DNA of 64,000 nucleotides from Gracilinanus agilis (taxonomy: Eukaryota). The translations under genes and the position numbers were made by a program. Of this stretch, positions 62,846 to 64,000 are shown piece by piece (position 1 is the stretch's first letter; each line of letters opens with the position of its first letter). The notes below the pieces were generated by a model, which was not told the DNA's origin, did not search any database, and was given only the letters and a program-made list of their open reading frames with translations. The stretch is from positions 244,211,865 through 244,275,864 of the forward strand of contig NC_058131.1 of the NCBI RefSeq assembly GCF_016433145.1. The letters are read 5' to 3'.

Positions 62846-63679
62846 TGTGTGGGAGAAAAATAGAGGTGAAAGGAAGAATATGAGCATAACTTGAGGGAAA
62901 GTGAGGAAAATAACTTGGGGTCAAATGAAAGTTGGGGGAGGGGAGGTTAGTTGTTTTGTTGTTGTTTTAAGAATGAGGAGATGAGTATGTTTGTGGATCT
63001 TGATAGAACCATCATATTGGGAAATATTGAAGATGAGCAGGAAAGAATAATAGAGGGAGCAAGTTATGAGACAAGACAGGAGGTCATGATGAGATTCTCA
63101 AAAAGTTTTTTTGGAGGAAAAAAAGCATCTGTCAAGTCATCGGTTCCTCATGGCTCATCTATTTTTTATATTCACAAGGTAACCAAAATTATCTTACAAG
63201 TAGTTATATGCTAACTCACTCAACTTGTTATTCTTGAATAATCTGTTTAGAAACAAAACAAGGATAAAAATGGCTACAGGGGACCCATACCTATCTCTTT
63301 GTTAAGTGTTCTGATCTGCTAAATTATTAAACTATACATCTTAGAATAAGAAATTAAAAATCTGCCTACATTGAAAGGAACTTCCAAGTATGGCCCTGAG
63401 CAGTCTCTTAGCCTTCTGGGCCTCCACTGGCTAAGGCTATTCCAGATACTGAAAAGCCAATTCAACTTGTGTTTGTCAATGCTGCCTCTCCTTTGGGAAG
63501 GCTTAATGTCCATACATACTCGGCTAGTGTCTCAACTGGCAGCACTGATTCATACATTTTATCACACTAAACAAATAGGCCATACATCTGATCAGTTATG
63601 AAAAACTATGAGCGACTTCCTTTCTGCTGTATATTTTCATAGACTCACTTGCTCAAGAACTTGTGTCAAAAGTACTCTA

Positions 63680-63850
63680 AGGGACAGCTAGTGAGCACAG
63701 TGGATAGAGTGCCAGGCCAAAAGGGACTGGGTTCAAATATGACCTTAAGACACTTCCTAGCTATATGACTCTAGGCAAATTACTTAACCCCAACTGCCCA
63801 GTTACTCTTCTTCTGTCTTAGAATTGGTACTAAGACAGAAGGTAATGGTT
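63680..63850 (+). mobile_element. CORE-SINE
   Basis: gggacagctagtgagcacagtgg...ggttcaaat...aagacagaaggtaatggttt. Confidence 0.82.
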
Positions 63851-64000
63851 TGGGTTTTGGGGGAAGGATTTGAGCATTTTAAATAATATTTAAGTATTTT
63901 ATTTTCTCAATTACATGTAATAACAATTTTCAACATGTTTTTTTAAATTATAAGATCAAGACTGTCTCCCTCCTTCCTTTCCCTGTCCCCTCCTGAAGTG

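Noticed and set aside
30251-64000. Search for B4GALT5 exon 1 or a CpG-island promoter
   Set aside because: No CpG island and no MR…LLAALFFFSLSSS-like TM-coding exon found; it presumably lies beyond the window.

Overview
Eukaryotic genomic DNA, very probably a didelphid marsupial (opossum). This is inferred from SINE1_Mdo/MAR1-like SINEs, L1_Mdo-like LINEs and BovB-like RTE. The window holds one protein-coding gene on the minus strand, B4GALT5 (beta-1,4-galactosyltransferase 5 / lactosylceramide synthase). Coding exons 2-9 lie at 30250-4936, all with GT-AG boundaries and a continuous frame (1052 nt), followed by a TE-free 3' UTR of about 3 kb. Exon 1 (start codon and transmembrane anchor) was not found and presumably lies beyond 64000, so 30251-64000 is intron 1. 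The rest is dense, often nested transposon sequence: a young L1 5' end next to the gene's 3' end, older L1/L2/CR1 remnants, a BovB-like fragment, many SINEs, six hAT MITEs and several ERV LTRs. A ~400 bp duplication around the single N at 13560 is almost certainly an assembly artefact. I found no convincing wholly new multi-gene system. The best candidates for undescribed biology are (i) a duplicated exon-4 splice donor with an inverted copy between the two donors, a possible RNA-structure switch for a poison isoform, and (ii) a 127-bp locally templated insertion. TE family names come from recalled consensus sequences and need RepeatMasker/Dfam confirmation. Boundaries of old repeats are approximate.
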